This document shows positions 40,059-52,620 of a stretch of DNA of 64,000 nucleotides, in pieces. Source of the DNA: Eledone cirrhosa. Taxonomy: Eukaryota. Within the stretch, counting starts at the first letter, position 1; the number at the start of each line of letters is the position of its first letter. The position numbers and the translations under genes were made by a program. Location: assembly GCA_964016885.1 (NCBI GenBank), contig OZ024743.1, positions 319,114,001-319,178,000 on the forward strand, read 5' to 3'. The notes beneath the pieces were generated by a model. It was not told the origin of the DNA. It did no database searches and saw only the letters and a program-made list of their open reading frames with translations.

Positions 40059-40306
40059 TTTCTTTATTAACCACAAGGGTTTACATAAAGTAGACATTAA
40101 GGACAGTGCAGGACAATGCAGGACGGTACAAATGGGCATTTCTGCGTGTAAAAAACAAAAACAGAGGATGTAACAAAAAATAACAATGAAAAATTCCCCA
40201 ATAGGGGGCAGACTTCGGAGGGACATTTGTGGAGAAAGCCCAGTAAAAAGACACAATGACCCTGACCACCAAGGCAAGTGCCCTCTCCCAGTTTTCCACC
40301 TTTAGT

Positions 40307-43300
40307 TTACAGATATATACTCAGAGTCGGCCCATTCACTCGGGCCATTCTTGCTTCTCTCACCCATCTTTCAACAAAATGCTGGGAAGAGAGCACTTCC
40401 CTCTCTACTCTGATTTTCCTTTTCAAATGAAATTTGAAAAAGTCAATCAGAGCATCACCGAAGAGGTAAGTGCTCGTCTTCAGCCCTTTCAAACGTGTCC
40501 ACCATACTATCTCTTTCGCCATGGCCACCAGACAGATAAAAACTGCCTGCCCTTCCCGGCTAAAGGAGGAGGGCGGGGCAATCCTCACGATGGACTCAGA
40601 TGATAGCCGGATCCGTCCTAAACGCGACAGCAGGTGTTCGACATAAACCCACAAGTCAGCAATTTTCGGACACTGGACGAGTGCGTGCAGGACGGTTTCG
40701 TCGCCCTGCGCGCATCTCGGACATGCCCGGCTGACGGCACCTCCATGCCTGTAGAGTTTATCCCGAACTGGCAAGGCTCCTCGGTAGCACTGCCAGGCCA
40801 GAGATTTCTGGAAGTTGTCCATAGGCCCCGGCCCGAAAGTTCTTCCGAAGAGATTGGCTAGTTGATTTTCGTCGACGCCTAGAGTTTCCCCAAGTACGTC
40901 GTCGCTCTTACCCTCCACTAATCCTCTATAGAACGCCGAGGTGGAGTTTCCACCGATCACATTGCCCGATTGGTCGAGGGCTGTGAGCGCCTGAAGACAT
41001 TCCAGTCTCCAGGCGCTCCCTCTCGGTCTTCGCTTGACCCAGGACTGCAGCTCCGTCAAGGAAACGAGCTGGGGAAATACGCGCCTAGCAAACGGCGACC
41101 ACACCTGATCACCGTCGAGGAAGAGGTCGAGATGTCGTAGCCTGAGCGCGTGCCTGCGCATCATCAGCCACGGCATGCCCAGCCCTCCACGTAGCGGGTG
41201 TTGACAACAGATGGACCGCCTGACCATCGGAGCACGTCCCTTCCACAAAAAGCGAAAGAGCAAACGCTCCAGCGCAGTCAGGCGAGGCTTAGGACAAGGT
41301 ACGACGGTCAGGCGGTAGCAGATGACAGACGCGATGTACGCGTTAGCCACCTCCGCTCGACCTTTCAGGGATAGCTTCCTCTCCGCCCATTTCTGGGTGA
41401 GAGAAGCCACCCTGCTCGTCACCTCGTCCCAGTTTTTGTCCGTCTGGAGGTCCGGACCGAACCAGACCCCTAGCAATTTAACCGGTCCGTCCGTCCAGCG
41501 CCCGACGACACTGTTGGACGGCATGGATCTGCCTCTCCAGGTGCCGAGCTGCAGGCCCACTGACTTTTCCTGGTTGATCATTGCTCCTGTCACCGCTTCG
41601 TATTCTCTTAGTGTAGTGCCGATCGCCTCGATGTGTTTGGCGTTCGACACCACTACGGTGACATCGTCCGCATATGCTGACACGGATCTTCCGCATCCTA
41701 GTTCGCGCGGGACTCCCCTCAACGTCTCCAGTTTGTGCAGTAATGGCTCGAGAGTCAATACGTACAAGAGGGACGAGAGGGGACATCCTTGGCGGACCGA
41801 GCGCATGATGTTGAACGGTTCCGACAGGTGACCGTTCACTCTCACCACAGAGCAGATGTCGCTGTGCATGGCAGCGATCCAGCCTCTGAAGACGGGCCCA
41901 AAGCCAGCCGCCCTCAGGACGGCCGCTAGGTAACGATGGTCGACCCTATCGAAAGCTTTCGACTGATCTAAATTGATCAAGGACCCACCCGTGCCAGGTT
42001 CCTTAGCTACCCTCTCTATGATGTATCGCATGAGGTGAAGGTTGTCGTGGATGGATCTGTCGGGAATGGCGCATGTCTGCGCCTCTCCCACCAGACCACC
42101 AACGACAAGCGCCAACCTCTTTACTAGCACCTTGGCCAAAATCTTGAACTCTGTGTTTAGCAGAGTTATGGGCCGGAAATTGTCTATGTTATCCCCCTTG
42201 TTCGGATCCTTTCTCAGCAGTGCCACCGCTCCTCGGCTCACAGAACTGGGAATTCTCCCGTTCTGTTGCCAGTTGCAGTAGACGTCCGCCAAGAGGCCTC
42301 CGAACAAGTCTGGCATCTGTACGTAAAGTTCATAGGGCAGACCATCCAAACCAGGCGATTTACCTCTTGTGCAGCCAGTCATTGCCTCCCTTACTTCAGC
42401 GGCTGTTATCGGCTTTTCGCAACACTTCGCCTCAGTGGCCGAGAGCCGCGGCAGTCCGTCGAGGTAGACACTAAAGTCCATCCCTCTACCCGGCCCCCCG
42501 CTTCCCCCGAACAGCTGAGCGAAGTGTCGCTGAAAAGCTTCACACATTTGCCCGGGATCGAGTAGCATGCGCCCGTCGTGGTCCACCAAAGACCGGATCG
42601 TGACTTTGTTGCCACGACGCGCCTCCGCCACTCGGGCCCATTGAACGGCTTTCGTCCCCTCGTGTCTGAGAGCACGCACCCTAGCTCTGACAACGCAGCC
42701 TTCGTGCTTTGCATTGAAGAATTGGTCAAGGGCCAATTTCGCCGCAAGCACGTCGGTCGCAATGCCTTTGCTAAGCGCCTCGTCTAATTTTCTAACTAGT
42801 TCTCCCTCTGCTCTATTTTTCTCTATTGCTAAAGCCTTACTAAACCTAATCGATTCTATTCTAATCGCTCTTTTCAGAGCAAACCACCACTTGTTGTTGA
42901 CGATGGCCCCCGTCAACGCCCGCTTAACTAGTTCGCTAATCCGGTCTCTGTAGGCCTTGCGCGCTGGTAAGGACGCGTTTAGCTTCCAGTAGCCGGGTCC
43001 TCGTCTATGAAGCCTATCTAAGTCAAGCACACAGGTCACGAATTTGTGGTCCGTGTAGCTGACTATCTTGAATTGTGGACAGCCTATGCTAGACCTATCT
43101 ATTTCCCTACAAAATACTCTATCTAGATATGATCTGGATGACCCTATGCGGTTTGTCCAAGTCCACATTGGCACATTCGGGAAATCCAATCGGTACCTGT
43201 CAGACAGTTCAAAACGCCTGAGCAGGTTGGTGAGGCTCTTGCACCCTCCACCCCTATCCGCTAATCCCACACAGTCCCAGCGTGCATCTAAGATCCCGTT

Positions 43301-43726
43301 CCAGTCGCCCACTAACACTAAAGAGCGGGACGTTCCAAGAAAGATCTCCAGACGCCGGAAGAAATCAGGCCGCCCTGCTCCTGTCGGGGCATAGACGGCC
43401 ACTAGCCTGAAAGCTTGCCCGTCTCCGCTGGTCACGTCCAGCACCACCAGCTTACCCTCTGGGTCCAGGAAGATGGCCCGTATGGCGAGATCCAAACCTC
43501 TCCGAAAAAGCACAGCAACTCCTCCACCCGATCCAGGACGGCTGGGAGATGCGTACACATCGTAGCCGCCGAAGATCGGTGCGAAGGCCCGTGCTTCGGA
43601 GATTCTGGTCTCGCTGATGGCCACTACATCTATGTTTAGTGACCTGAGGTCGTTGAGCAGGTGACCCTGCTTCCATGACGACCCCAAGCCACGCGCATTT
43701 ATGCTGCCTATTCTGAGTGAGGTCAT
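40307..43726 (-). CDS. LINE ORF2p (APE-RT-CCHC), intact, 1139 aa
   Basis: Differs from 9616-13035 product at about ten residues. Confidence 0.96.
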   Translation of the reverse strand: MTSLRIGSINARGLGSSWKQGHLLNDLRSLNIDVVAISETRISEARAFAPIFGGYDVYASPSRPGSGGGVAVLFRRGLDLAIRAIFLDPEGKLVVLDVTSGDGQAFRLVAVYAPTGAGRPDFFRRLEIFLGTSRSLVLVGDWNGILDARWDCVGLADRGGGCKSLTNLLRRFELSDRYRLDFPNVPMWTWTNRIGSSRSYLDRVFCREIDRSSIGCPQFKIVSYTDHKFVTCVLDLDRLHRRGPGYWKLNASLPARKAYRDRISELVKRALTGAIVNNKWWFALKRAIRIESIRFSKALAIEKNRAEGELVRKLDEALSKGIATDVLAAKLALDQFFNAKHEGCVVRARVRALRHEGTKAVQWARVAEARRGNKVTIRSLVDHDGRMLLDPGQMCEAFQRHFAQLFGGSGGPGRGMDFSVYLDGLPRLSATEAKCCEKPITAAEVREAMTGCTRGKSPGLDGLPYELYVQMPDLFGGLLADVYCNWQQNGRIPSSVSRGAVALLRKDPNKGDNIDNFRPITLLNTEFKILAKVLVKRLALVVGGLVGEAQTCAIPDRSIHDNLHLMRYIIERVAKEPGTGGSLINLDQSKAFDRVDHRYLAAVLRAAGFGPVFRGWIAAMHSDICSVVRVNGHLSEPFNIMRSVRQGCPLSSLLYVLTLEPLLHKLETLRGVPRELGCGRSVSAYADDVTVVVSNAKHIEAIGTTLREYEAVTGAMINQEKSVGLQLGTWRGRSMPSNSVVGRWTDGPVKLLGVWFGPDLQTDKNWDEVTSRVASLTQKWAERKLSLKGRAEVANAYIASVICYRLTVVPCPKPRLTALERLLFRFLWKGRAPMVRRSICCQHPLRGGLGMPWLMMRRHALRLRHLDLFLDGDQVWSPFARRVFPQLVSLTELQSWVKRRPRGSAWRLECLQALTALDQSGNVIGGNSTSAFYRGLVEGKSDDVLGETLGVDENQLANLFGRTFGPGPMDNFQKSLAWQCYRGALPVRDKLYRHGGAVSRACPRCAQGDETVLHALVQCPKIADLWVYVEHLLSRLGRIRLSSESIVRIAPPSSFSREGQAVFICLVAMAKEIVWWTRLKGLKTSTYLFGDALIDFFKFHLKRKIRVEREVLSSQHFVERWVREARMARVNGPTLSIYL

Positions 43727-43761
43727 GTTTAAAATAGAGTGGAAAAGATGGGAAAGACCAC

Positions 43762-45845
43762 TTACCGTACTTTTGGTAGAGGAGGGATGGTTTTTACATC
43801 CCTTTTCACTTGATCGTCTGGTGAAGAGACCGTTGAATCGTCCCTTCGGCTGGTCGTCGGCTCTTCTAAGAGAATGTCTGAATATACTCTTCGATTGATG
43901 GTTCCTCCTAGGTCCCTGAAATCACCAACTGCGTTGGGGAATTTCGTTTTAATGTTTGTGTATTGTTTCTGTGCTATTTTTAGCAGTCTTATGTTAGTTG
44001 GCGTTTTGATTGGTGCTGGTATTATGTAGTCCTGTTGTGAAATGTCTGTGTGTTCAATTATGTAAGTCATTAGTTTCTTGTTGTGTGTGTTTATTGCCGT
44101 GCATTTGTTTTTCTGGGGGTGGGGTGTAGTTCTGCTATTTTCTTGTCGTTGTTGCTGGGTGTGTGTGTTTTGTTGTTGTGTTTGCGATGTTGGTGCTTGT
44201 GGTGGTGGTGTTGAAGGTGTTGTTGGCGGTGGGGTTGTCGCCGGTGGTGATGGTGTTGGTGGTGTTGCTGCTGTGGGTCTCTTTGCAGTAGACTTTACTC
44301 TTTTCTCATTTCTTTCCTCCCTTTTCAAAGGCGACGATGCGCTGCTTCTGCGTTTGTGCCTTCTTGCGACCTTTTGCCATCCCTCTCCCACCTCACACTC
44401 CATGTCTGATTCTGTGAGGTCGGGGAGGGGTACCAGCTCCACTCTTTCACTTGTTGTTGTTGGTGATGTTTGCACTGGAGTCTCTGTTGCAGCTGCATTT
44501 GGTATTGCTGTTGTTGTTGTTAATATTTCCACTGCTGCTGCTGTTTTTGATTTCCGTGGAGTGGGTATGGGTGCCACGGACCTATCGTTCCTGGTTGCCG
44601 CTTGTCCTGTTGCTGGTAGCCGTGGAGCCGGATTCGGAAGGAGGGGGTTTTCTCCTTTCTCAGGGTCTTCTCGTTGCAGAAGGCCCTGAGGTGAGTCTTC
44701 GATCCACAGCGAAAGCATTTCGGGCGTTTGCCCTCAACACTTATGGGCAGTTGAGTGCCGTTATCGAAGTCTATCACATCCGGGATAGCTTCGATGCACT
44801 CCTGGTTGGTTTGGATTAGCATCTCAATGGAGGTGCCGACCCAATCTTCTCTTACTTTTTTCTGTACTTGCAGTACAGTTGTTTTGTCCTCGATTGCGAC
44901 GAGGACAGACGCGGCCAGCCAAGAAGGGGCCATTCCGGGGGGGGGGGGGGGGACGTGGTTCAGTTTGACCCTCACAATTTTTTGCCCGCAGTAGGAGGGC
45001 ACCAACACCATTTCCTCGCTCCTTAGGGTCACTACGGATTGGGCCTTTGCCTCCTGGGGTGTGGAAAAAAGTACGTCTACGGTGGCATATTTTTTGCCTC
45101 GGGTGATGTGCGTTTTCTGCTGCCACACAGACCCCAAGGCTTTTTGTATTTGGGCCTCTGTGGCTCTTTCCACCCTACGGGATTTTGTACTTACTGTACG
45201 GTACGTGACCGTACAGTGCTCTTGGGTTTCGAAAAAATTTTCCGCTGCCTTGCAGATTGCTCGGTGTCCGTTCTTTGTCACCATCTTCTTCGCTTCCTCT
45301 AATTCCTCATTTGTTATGAGGATTGTTTCCAAGTTTTTCGCAATACCTGCAAATGAGATTGGTTTTTCTCTGCTGCTGTTGTTGTTGTCGTCAGAGCTGC
45401 TGGTACTTTTGTTGTTGCTGCAGGTACTCCGACTACTGCCTTCGCCGCTGTTGCTGTGGTTGTTGTTGGTGTTGCTGCTGCTAATGCTGCTGTTGTTTAT
45501 GCTGCTGGTGATGCTGTTGCGGCTGCTACTGTTGTTTTCATTGTCACTGTTGCTGTTGTTATTACGGCTGCTACTGCTATTATTCCTGACGTCAGACGAA
45601 TGAACTGGGTTTTCGTATTTCCCGCACACCTGTTTCGTCGCTGTCGTCGTCGTCGTGGAGAAACCTTGCATGCTTTGCACGAGACTTTTCTTTTCTTTCG
45701 TCACTTGCGAAAGAGAAGGGAGGGAGAGAGACACATTTAAAGAAGGGAGGGAGAGAGACAATCTTCTCTCTGCTGTAGTGACGATTGAGGAAGAAGAAGA
45801 CGGAATGAGTGGGAGTGACCTATGCAAATTCTTTTTCGTAGCCAT
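43762..45845 (-). pseudogene. LINE ORF1 with a -1 frameshift near 44645
   Basis: Split in two ORFs; C5 here versus C6 in copy 1; in-frame poly-C expansion at 44937-44953; 30-bp deletion in the P/T-rich region. Confidence 0.8.
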
Positions 45846-46061
45846 GTTGTTTTTTTTGTTTAAAATAAATATTGGGTACAAACCCCCAATAAACAGTTAT
45901 TTAACCCCGAAGGGCTAAATAACGGGCAGAAAGACCCCTCTCACGAGGAGGAGGGTGTTTTTGTCTACAAGTTGGTCTAAGTTTTAAACAATTTACGATT
46001 GTTAAAGCGTTCAAAATTTACAGTACCTTACAGAGCCGAGCCTCCGTCAACCATAGCATTC

Positions 46062-46095
<34 letters not shown>

Positions 46096-46540
46096 TCATA
46101 TTGGCCGCAAGGGTCGACATATAGGGGACGATGCAGTAGACAAGGACAGTGGAAGTTTATAATGAAATTGAGTAAAAACAAGCTAATAAGTAACAATAAA
46201 CAAAAGAATTACAATGAAAATTCTCTAATAGGGGTAGGATCACCCAATGGGGACTAAATAACCCCACCAATCCGGTACCACACGACACCCCGAGAGCACC
46301 CGATGAGGGTGCCCCTCTCATCTCCAAACCAGCCAGCCTTATGGCGCACGGCCAGAGTATGCCTATTCACACGGGCCCTCCTCGTAATATTCACTCACAT
46401 TTTAGCAAATGTACTAGGGGAGGGGGGCAGCACTTCCCTCTACACCTTCACCTTCATTTCCAAGTGAAACTTGAAAAAGTTGATTGGTCGAAGAAAAAAG
46501 TGTCCATCTTCAGTCCTTTCAGCCTCGTCAAAGGTGTCTT
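46062..46540 (-). mobile_element. Old Tx1-clade LINE 3' end whose (TTA)n tail hosts the full-length copy
   Basis: Minus strand RLKGLKMDTF..FFKFHLEMKVKV; ends cccttgcggccaatatgaatt(tat)n. Confidence 0.8.
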
Positions 46541-46616
46541 ACGCGCAGCAACATGACATACAACGTGCCATGGGCAGAACCCATCCCTCTCCAGGTCTGA
46601 ACACAGCTGATTTCCT

Positions 46617-46662
<46 letters not shown>

Positions 46663-46699
46663 TGTGAAAAAGAGAAATAGATGAAGAATCACTTTCGCT

Positions 46700-46845
46700 A
46701 CAGTACTGGTACTTTATTTATCGACCCCGAAAGGATAAAATTCCAAGTTGACCTCGGCGGGATTGACCTGAAAGTACAGAGGGCCTGAAGGAATACCGCA
46801 AATAATTCTTTCCGACGTTCTAACGACTCTACCAATTCACCGCCT
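46700..46845 (-). mobile_element. SINE family A, older copy
   Basis: ggtactttatttatcgaccccgaaaggata..ccaattcaccgcc. Confidence 0.75.
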
Positions 46846-47269
46846 CATTCAATAATTAAGGACGACTAAATGTCTCCTTAATTTTGAAGATAAACTTCTC
46901 ACTAATTAACTCATAGAAACAATTCCTTGTGAATAATGACTGGAAGCAAGCGCAACCATTTTTAATGATTAGAACAGAATATGACTTCTTGACTCTTTCA
47001 CAGTTAAAACTAATTTCTCTATAATTATCCTACAGAAATTATTATTAGGAGGAACGACCTACTTAATGCAGACGGAAAAGAAAACCGCTTTTTCAGTCGA
47101 ATTATTAAAACTAAAAATTAATTAGAACTATTAGCGCACAATATATCTATTTACATAAATCACCAATGGAAAGGAAATATTTATTAAAAGTAGATTAAAA
47201 ATATATTTTAATAAAACTAACCACAAAGTTCTTTTTAAAATAGAACACCATTCATTTAAATAAACCGCC

Positions 47270-47600
47270 ACAGTGAAGACGCATAGCTTAATGGTTAGGA
47301 TGTTCGGCTCTCGATCATAAAGTCTTGAGCTCGATTCCTGGTGGTGCGATGTGACCTTGAACAAGACACCTTATTATTTCCCGCTGTTCCCGTTCAACCA
47401 TCCGGAGAAAGGAATAATAGCTGTAACTATATTTTCAAAGGGCCAGTCATGTCACATATTGTGTCTCACTGATTCTTCTTGAGAATTACGATTAAGACTC
47501 ACGTATTTTTGAAATATTCAGTAACTTGCACGTTAGTATCACGAGCAAGCTTTTCCGTTGATTAAATTAACTGGAACTCTCGTCATGGTGAACGATTGAA
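47270..47600 (+). mobile_element. SINE family B
   Basis: tagcttaatggttagg A box, gagctcgattcc B box, gaccttgaacaagacacc CORE-like segment. Confidence 0.7.
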
Positions 47601-47863
47601 GTTCAATACATATATTTCATAACATAAATGTAATAAAGAGAGAAACTTAAACAGCGGTAATAGATTGTTTCCACTAACACTCTAAATATTTAAAAAAAAT
47701 GTAAATATAGATTTTCTATTTTGGAAATGTTGGAGGTTATACAAATAACTGTGTTATCTTACATGGACATATCTTACACACACACACACACACACAGATA
47801 TGTATGTATATATATATATATATATAAGATTACGTATTAGACATTAAAAGAATGCGAAACACG

Positions 47864-47899
<36 letters not shown>

Positions 47900-49097
47900 A
47901 GAGAGAGGGGGAAGGAGAGAGGGAGAGAGGGAGAGAGGGAGAGAATAGGAGAGGGGGGAAGGAGAGAGGGAGAGAGAGAAAGAATAGGAGAGGGGGAGAA
48001 GCAAAGATTACACATTAGATATTAGAAGAATGTAAAAAACACAGAACAATGAAAATAACTTGGGAAAATATCTTCAACAGAATAGCTTAGTTTTTATCGA
48101 TAAAGGCGTTACTCTTTGTCTCGGCAAAATGATATTGGGAAGTCGTGTCGTTTATAGTTTTATCAAGGAGAATACGTGGGTGGGAGTGAAGTAAAATGAA
48201 CTCCAAAGGACATAGAAACAAAGCCAGATCACTGGTTTGGATTGTTGAGAATGTAAAGCTTGATGCCCGGCGAATGTCACTACTTCATTGATAATTTAGT
48301 CTCGTAACAAAAAAGAAAGAAACGTTGCCGGTAGGAAAATCTGGCCAATGGAAACGCTGTCAGATTTTACTACCGGCAACGTTTCTTTCTTTTTTGAAAC
48401 GCTGTTTCCATTTGTCTTTTCATTGTTGCTACTATTAGTCGGCTACATGCAAGCATTTAGTCTGATTTGAACCCTCCTCATCTACTATCGAATGCTATAG
48501 TGGTCTTTGTGGAAATAGTAATGTCCGTTGAGATTGAGATTGCTGAAGCAGTTTCAGTTCATTACACGAGTTTCAAATGCAACATTATATGCTACAGAAA
48601 TAATCATCAACTGTAGTGTAACTACCACTAACTGCAACAAACTACCCTTCCTTCAAAAATTATAAATTGCATATCAACATTAAAATATACAGAAAAGCAA
48701 AGGAAAGGAACTGATCGGCAGATAAGACCAAATAAATTATGTATCTACTATTTTTTTTATTGTTGATACTATGAGCCAGTTGCAAGTCCTGACAGAAGGA
48801 AGCAGAATCTGATATCACATAACTACTCTTTAACACATTTACCAATCTCCCATTCCTGTTCGACTGGTACTTTATTTATCGACCTCCAAAGAATGAAAGA
48901 AAAAGTTGAACTCAATGAGATTTGAAGTCAGAAATTGACCTGAAGTTCTTCTGGGCCTTTCAAGATAATAGTCAATTTAATTGACCCGAATACTTACAGA
49001 CTGGTATTTACTTTATCGATATAAGTTGTATTGAAGTCAGAATTTAAAGGGGTGTAACCATTTGCAACAAATTAGTTTTAACGACGCTATTGTCTAC

Positions 49098-49707
49098 ATT
49101 ATATATATCAAATGAAATACCAATATACCCAATTATAGTGTATATTGTATATATATATCACATGAAATACCAATATACCCAAACTATAGTGTATATTGTA
49201 TATATATCACATGAAATATCAATATACCCAACTATAGTGTATATTGTGTATATATATCAAATGAAATACCTATATACCCAACTATAGTGTATATTGTGTA
49301 TATATTTCACATGAAATACCAATATACCCAACTATAGTGTATATTGTGTATATATATCACATGAAATACCAATATACCCAACTATAGTGTATATTGTGTA
49401 TATATATCAAATGAAATACCTATATACCCAACTATAGTGTATATTGTGTATATATTTCACATGAAATACCAATATACCCAACTATAGTGTATATTGTATA
49501 TATATTTCACATGAAATACCAATATACCCAACTATAGTGTATATTGTGTATATATATCACATGAAATACCAATATACCCAACTATAGTGTATATTGTGTA
49601 TATATATCAAATGAAATACCTATATACCCAACTATAGTGTATATTGTGTATATATATCAAATGAAATACCAATATACCCAACTATAGTGTATATTGTGTA
49701 TATATAT
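49098..49707. repeat. 50-bp minisatellite, ~12 copies
   Basis: atgaaataccaatatacccaactatagtgtatattgtgtatatatatcac. Confidence 0.95.
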
Positions 49708-49711
49708 AACA

Positions 49712-49900
49712 TTGGTCGATTGGCAGTATTGGTAGAGGGTCGGACGCCATGCTTTGCAGCGAAGAGTTACGCCCTTTTATGGTCTGAGTTCAAATCCCGC
49801 CGAGGTTAACTTTGCCTTTCATCTTTACAGGGTCGATAAAATAAAGCACCAGTAATACACTGATATAATTGCTGGCCTTGTGCCAAATGTAGAAACAATT
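49712..49900 (+). mobile_element. SINE family A, full length
   Basis: A/B boxes, body and tail as at 2561-2752. Confidence 0.9.
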
Positions 49901-51096
49901 AAATGTCAATATAAGGGCGAATTAACGGTTTATAAAACAAAACAAAATCTGTTACTTCAGATCTAATCTTGATTGAAACCATACAATTATTGAGGTTTCA
50001 AAAGCTTACTCCAGTTAATATGGCGCCTGGGTGAAATATTACTAGATAACGATTCAAATTGGAAAGGAATTGAGAAAACTTCCGATTGCAAGTGAAGGAA
50101 TATTACCCGAGTCTCTCAAAACTCATGTACTCTACAATTATGGCAGTTCGAAAAGCTTTCTCGTGTTGATATGGTGCATAGATACAAACTCATTAGATGC
50201 CTATTTAAAACGGAGGAGAAATTGAGGAAATCAGGGGTTGCAACGTAAGGAATGTGGCCTGGCTCTGTGAGAACCACTGATCTACAACGATCATCTTTTA
50301 AGGAAATAAAATATTTCTAACATCTGTTTTCTTCTATTCTAATTGGATTTATGAAAATATTTAGACAATTGGAGAAAAATAACTGGATATTTTTTTCTTT
50401 TTTTTAAATTCTACTTTACATTAGTTACAACCATATTTTTTTACGTGCGTCTAATATGAAGGAATGTAAATAATACATATTCCGAAAACATAAATTCGCT
50501 AAAGAGTACGCACAGACGTTGTTATGATTCCTTTTCGTAAAAGTAAACTTCTAATGAGGTCTTAAATAACATCAACTGTCATGATTAGATAGGTAGCAAA
50601 GGGAGACCTGATATCAAGGGTACTAAAGCCTGGATGATAAAGGGTCAAAGTGGGAGGAGAAATAAAAAAGAAAAAGAAGAGATAGAAAATGGTAGTGAAA
50701 GTGGGGTCGACATCTTGACATCAAAGTGTAAACATGCTGATTTCATTAAAGGTTATATACTAAGAAAAAAGAACAATGTAAACAACAAAAACAACAATAA
50801 TCAGCGCGAACTAACGTAAGAGCATCTATGTGGTTACTCAATAATGCTAGAAATAGCAGACAAGTCTTCTTCAAACCGTACCCTACTGTCAGAAAGGTTG
50901 ACAGATTGGACAAAGTAATTTGAGTTACATACTTGTTATGGGTGGAATATCTTTAATGGGTCAGCCGATTTAACATCACCACTAGATCCTTCGGTGCATG
51001 TAGCGGAATCTACTCAGTTGCAAGCATACGGGCAAAGTCGCCGACTGGAGGGGGAATTCCCCCGTCCATACTACAGTCTTGTAAGCTGAAAATGAA

Positions 51097-51240
51097 TCTT
51101 CTTCTTCTTCTTCTTCTTCTTCTTCTTCTTCTTCTTCTTCTTTTTCTTCTTCTTCTTCTTCTTCTTCCTGAGTGGGGCCGTGGGGGCAAAGTCCCCAAGT
51201 ACGTCTTCCAGCGGGTCCTGTCAGAAGCAACCGTTTCCAA
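51097..51240 (-). mobile_element. RTE-like LINE extreme 3' end with (GAA)n tail
   Basis: LETVASDRTRWKTYL matches the RTE C-terminal A.DR..W motif; (CTT)n 51097-51167. Confidence 0.65.
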
Positions 51241-52495
51241 TTGATTCTTGAGCCATTACTACACAAATTGGAGACGTTGAGGGGCGTCCCAAGCAAACTA
51301 GGATGTGGGAGATCCGTGTCAGCATATGCCGACGACGTCACCGTAGTGGTGTCGAGTACCAAACTCTCTGAGATGAACGGCACCACTCTCAAGGAGCACG
51401 AGGTGGTTACAGGAGCAAACATTAACCAGGAAAGAGTCGGTGGGCCTGCAGCTCGGCACGCGGAGAGGCAGCTCCATGCCGTCCAGCAGCGTCTTCGGGT
51501 GCTGGACGGATGGACCTGTTAAATTGCTAGGGGTCCGGACAAAAATTGGGACGTGGTGACGAGCAGAGTGGCCTCTCACACACAGAAATGGGTTGAAAGG
51601 AGCTATCTCTGAAAGGTCTGGCAGAGGTGGTGACTCGCGTACATCACGTCCGTCATCTACTATTACCTGACCGTCATGCCTTGTCCCGATCCACCTCTGA
51701 CTGCACTGGAGCGCCTACTCTTTCGCTTTTTGTGGGAGGGACAGGTTCCACAGCTCGGGCGATCCATTTGCTGTCAACACCCGTTGCGTGGAGGGTTGGG
51801 CATGCCGTGGCTAATGATGTGAAAACATGTCTCAAGGCTATGTCATCTCCAGCTCTTCCTTGACGGTGAACAGGTGTGGCTGCCATTCGCTGGACACCTT
51901 TTTCCCCACCCCATCTCTTTGTCGGAGCTGTAGTACTGAGTTAATCGAAGACCGAGGGGGAAGCACATGGAGAAACGAATGTCTGCATCCGCTCACAGCC
52001 CTCAGCCAATCGGTAAGAATGGTGGAAACCCCACCTTGGCATTCTATAGATGGTTAGTGGAGGATAAGACCGACGACGTCCTTTGGGAGACGCTGGCTGT
52101 TGATGAAAATCAATTAACCAATCTTTTTCGGAGAACTTTCCGGAGAACTGCTCCCCTGGCAGTGCTAATGGGGGGGGGGGGGGGGCATTGCTAGTTCGTG
52201 ATAAACTCTACAAGCATAAACTCTACAAGCGAGTGAATGGGTCTGTTCTAAACATATCCCTATAAATTTGAGGAAGACAACTGGGAGAGGGCACTTACCC
52301 TGGCGGTAAGGCTGACTGTGGCTTTTTGTGGCTTTCTCCACGAGTAACCCTCGAAAGCCCCCCCCCCCCCCCACCACCACATTGAGGAATTTTCTTTTGT
52401 TCTATTTTTTCTTACATTCTTTGTTTTTGTTTTATGTTTGTTTGTTTTTTTACACGCAGAAACCCGCATTGTACCGCCCTATGTTGTCCTTAATG
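51241..52495 (+). mobile_element. Old Tx1-clade LINE fragment with internal deletions
   Basis: LEPLLHKLETLRGVP..SAYADDVTVVVS; 3' UTR ctgggagagggcactt..ttttacacgcagaaa. Confidence 0.9.
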
Positions 52496-52502
52496 AATTT
52501 TT

Positions 52503-52620
52503 CTGTGGGTTTAGTGGTTAGAGAATTGAATTCGCAATCGTGAGGTTTCGTGTTCGATCCCCGGACCGGGCGATACGTTATGTCATTGTGCAAGACACAT
52601 TATTTCACGTTGCTCTTTCT
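52503..52620 (+). mobile_element. SINE family B head
   Basis: ttagtggttagag..gttcgatcccc..gcaagacacattatttcacgttgct. Confidence 0.65.

Larger units (their letters stand above)
40007..46061 (-). mobile_element. Full-length Tx1-clade LINE, second copy, in (TAA)n
   Basis: Reverse complement of 7270-13350; tail 40007-40056; (TAA)n 46062-46092 at the 5' end. Confidence 0.96.
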
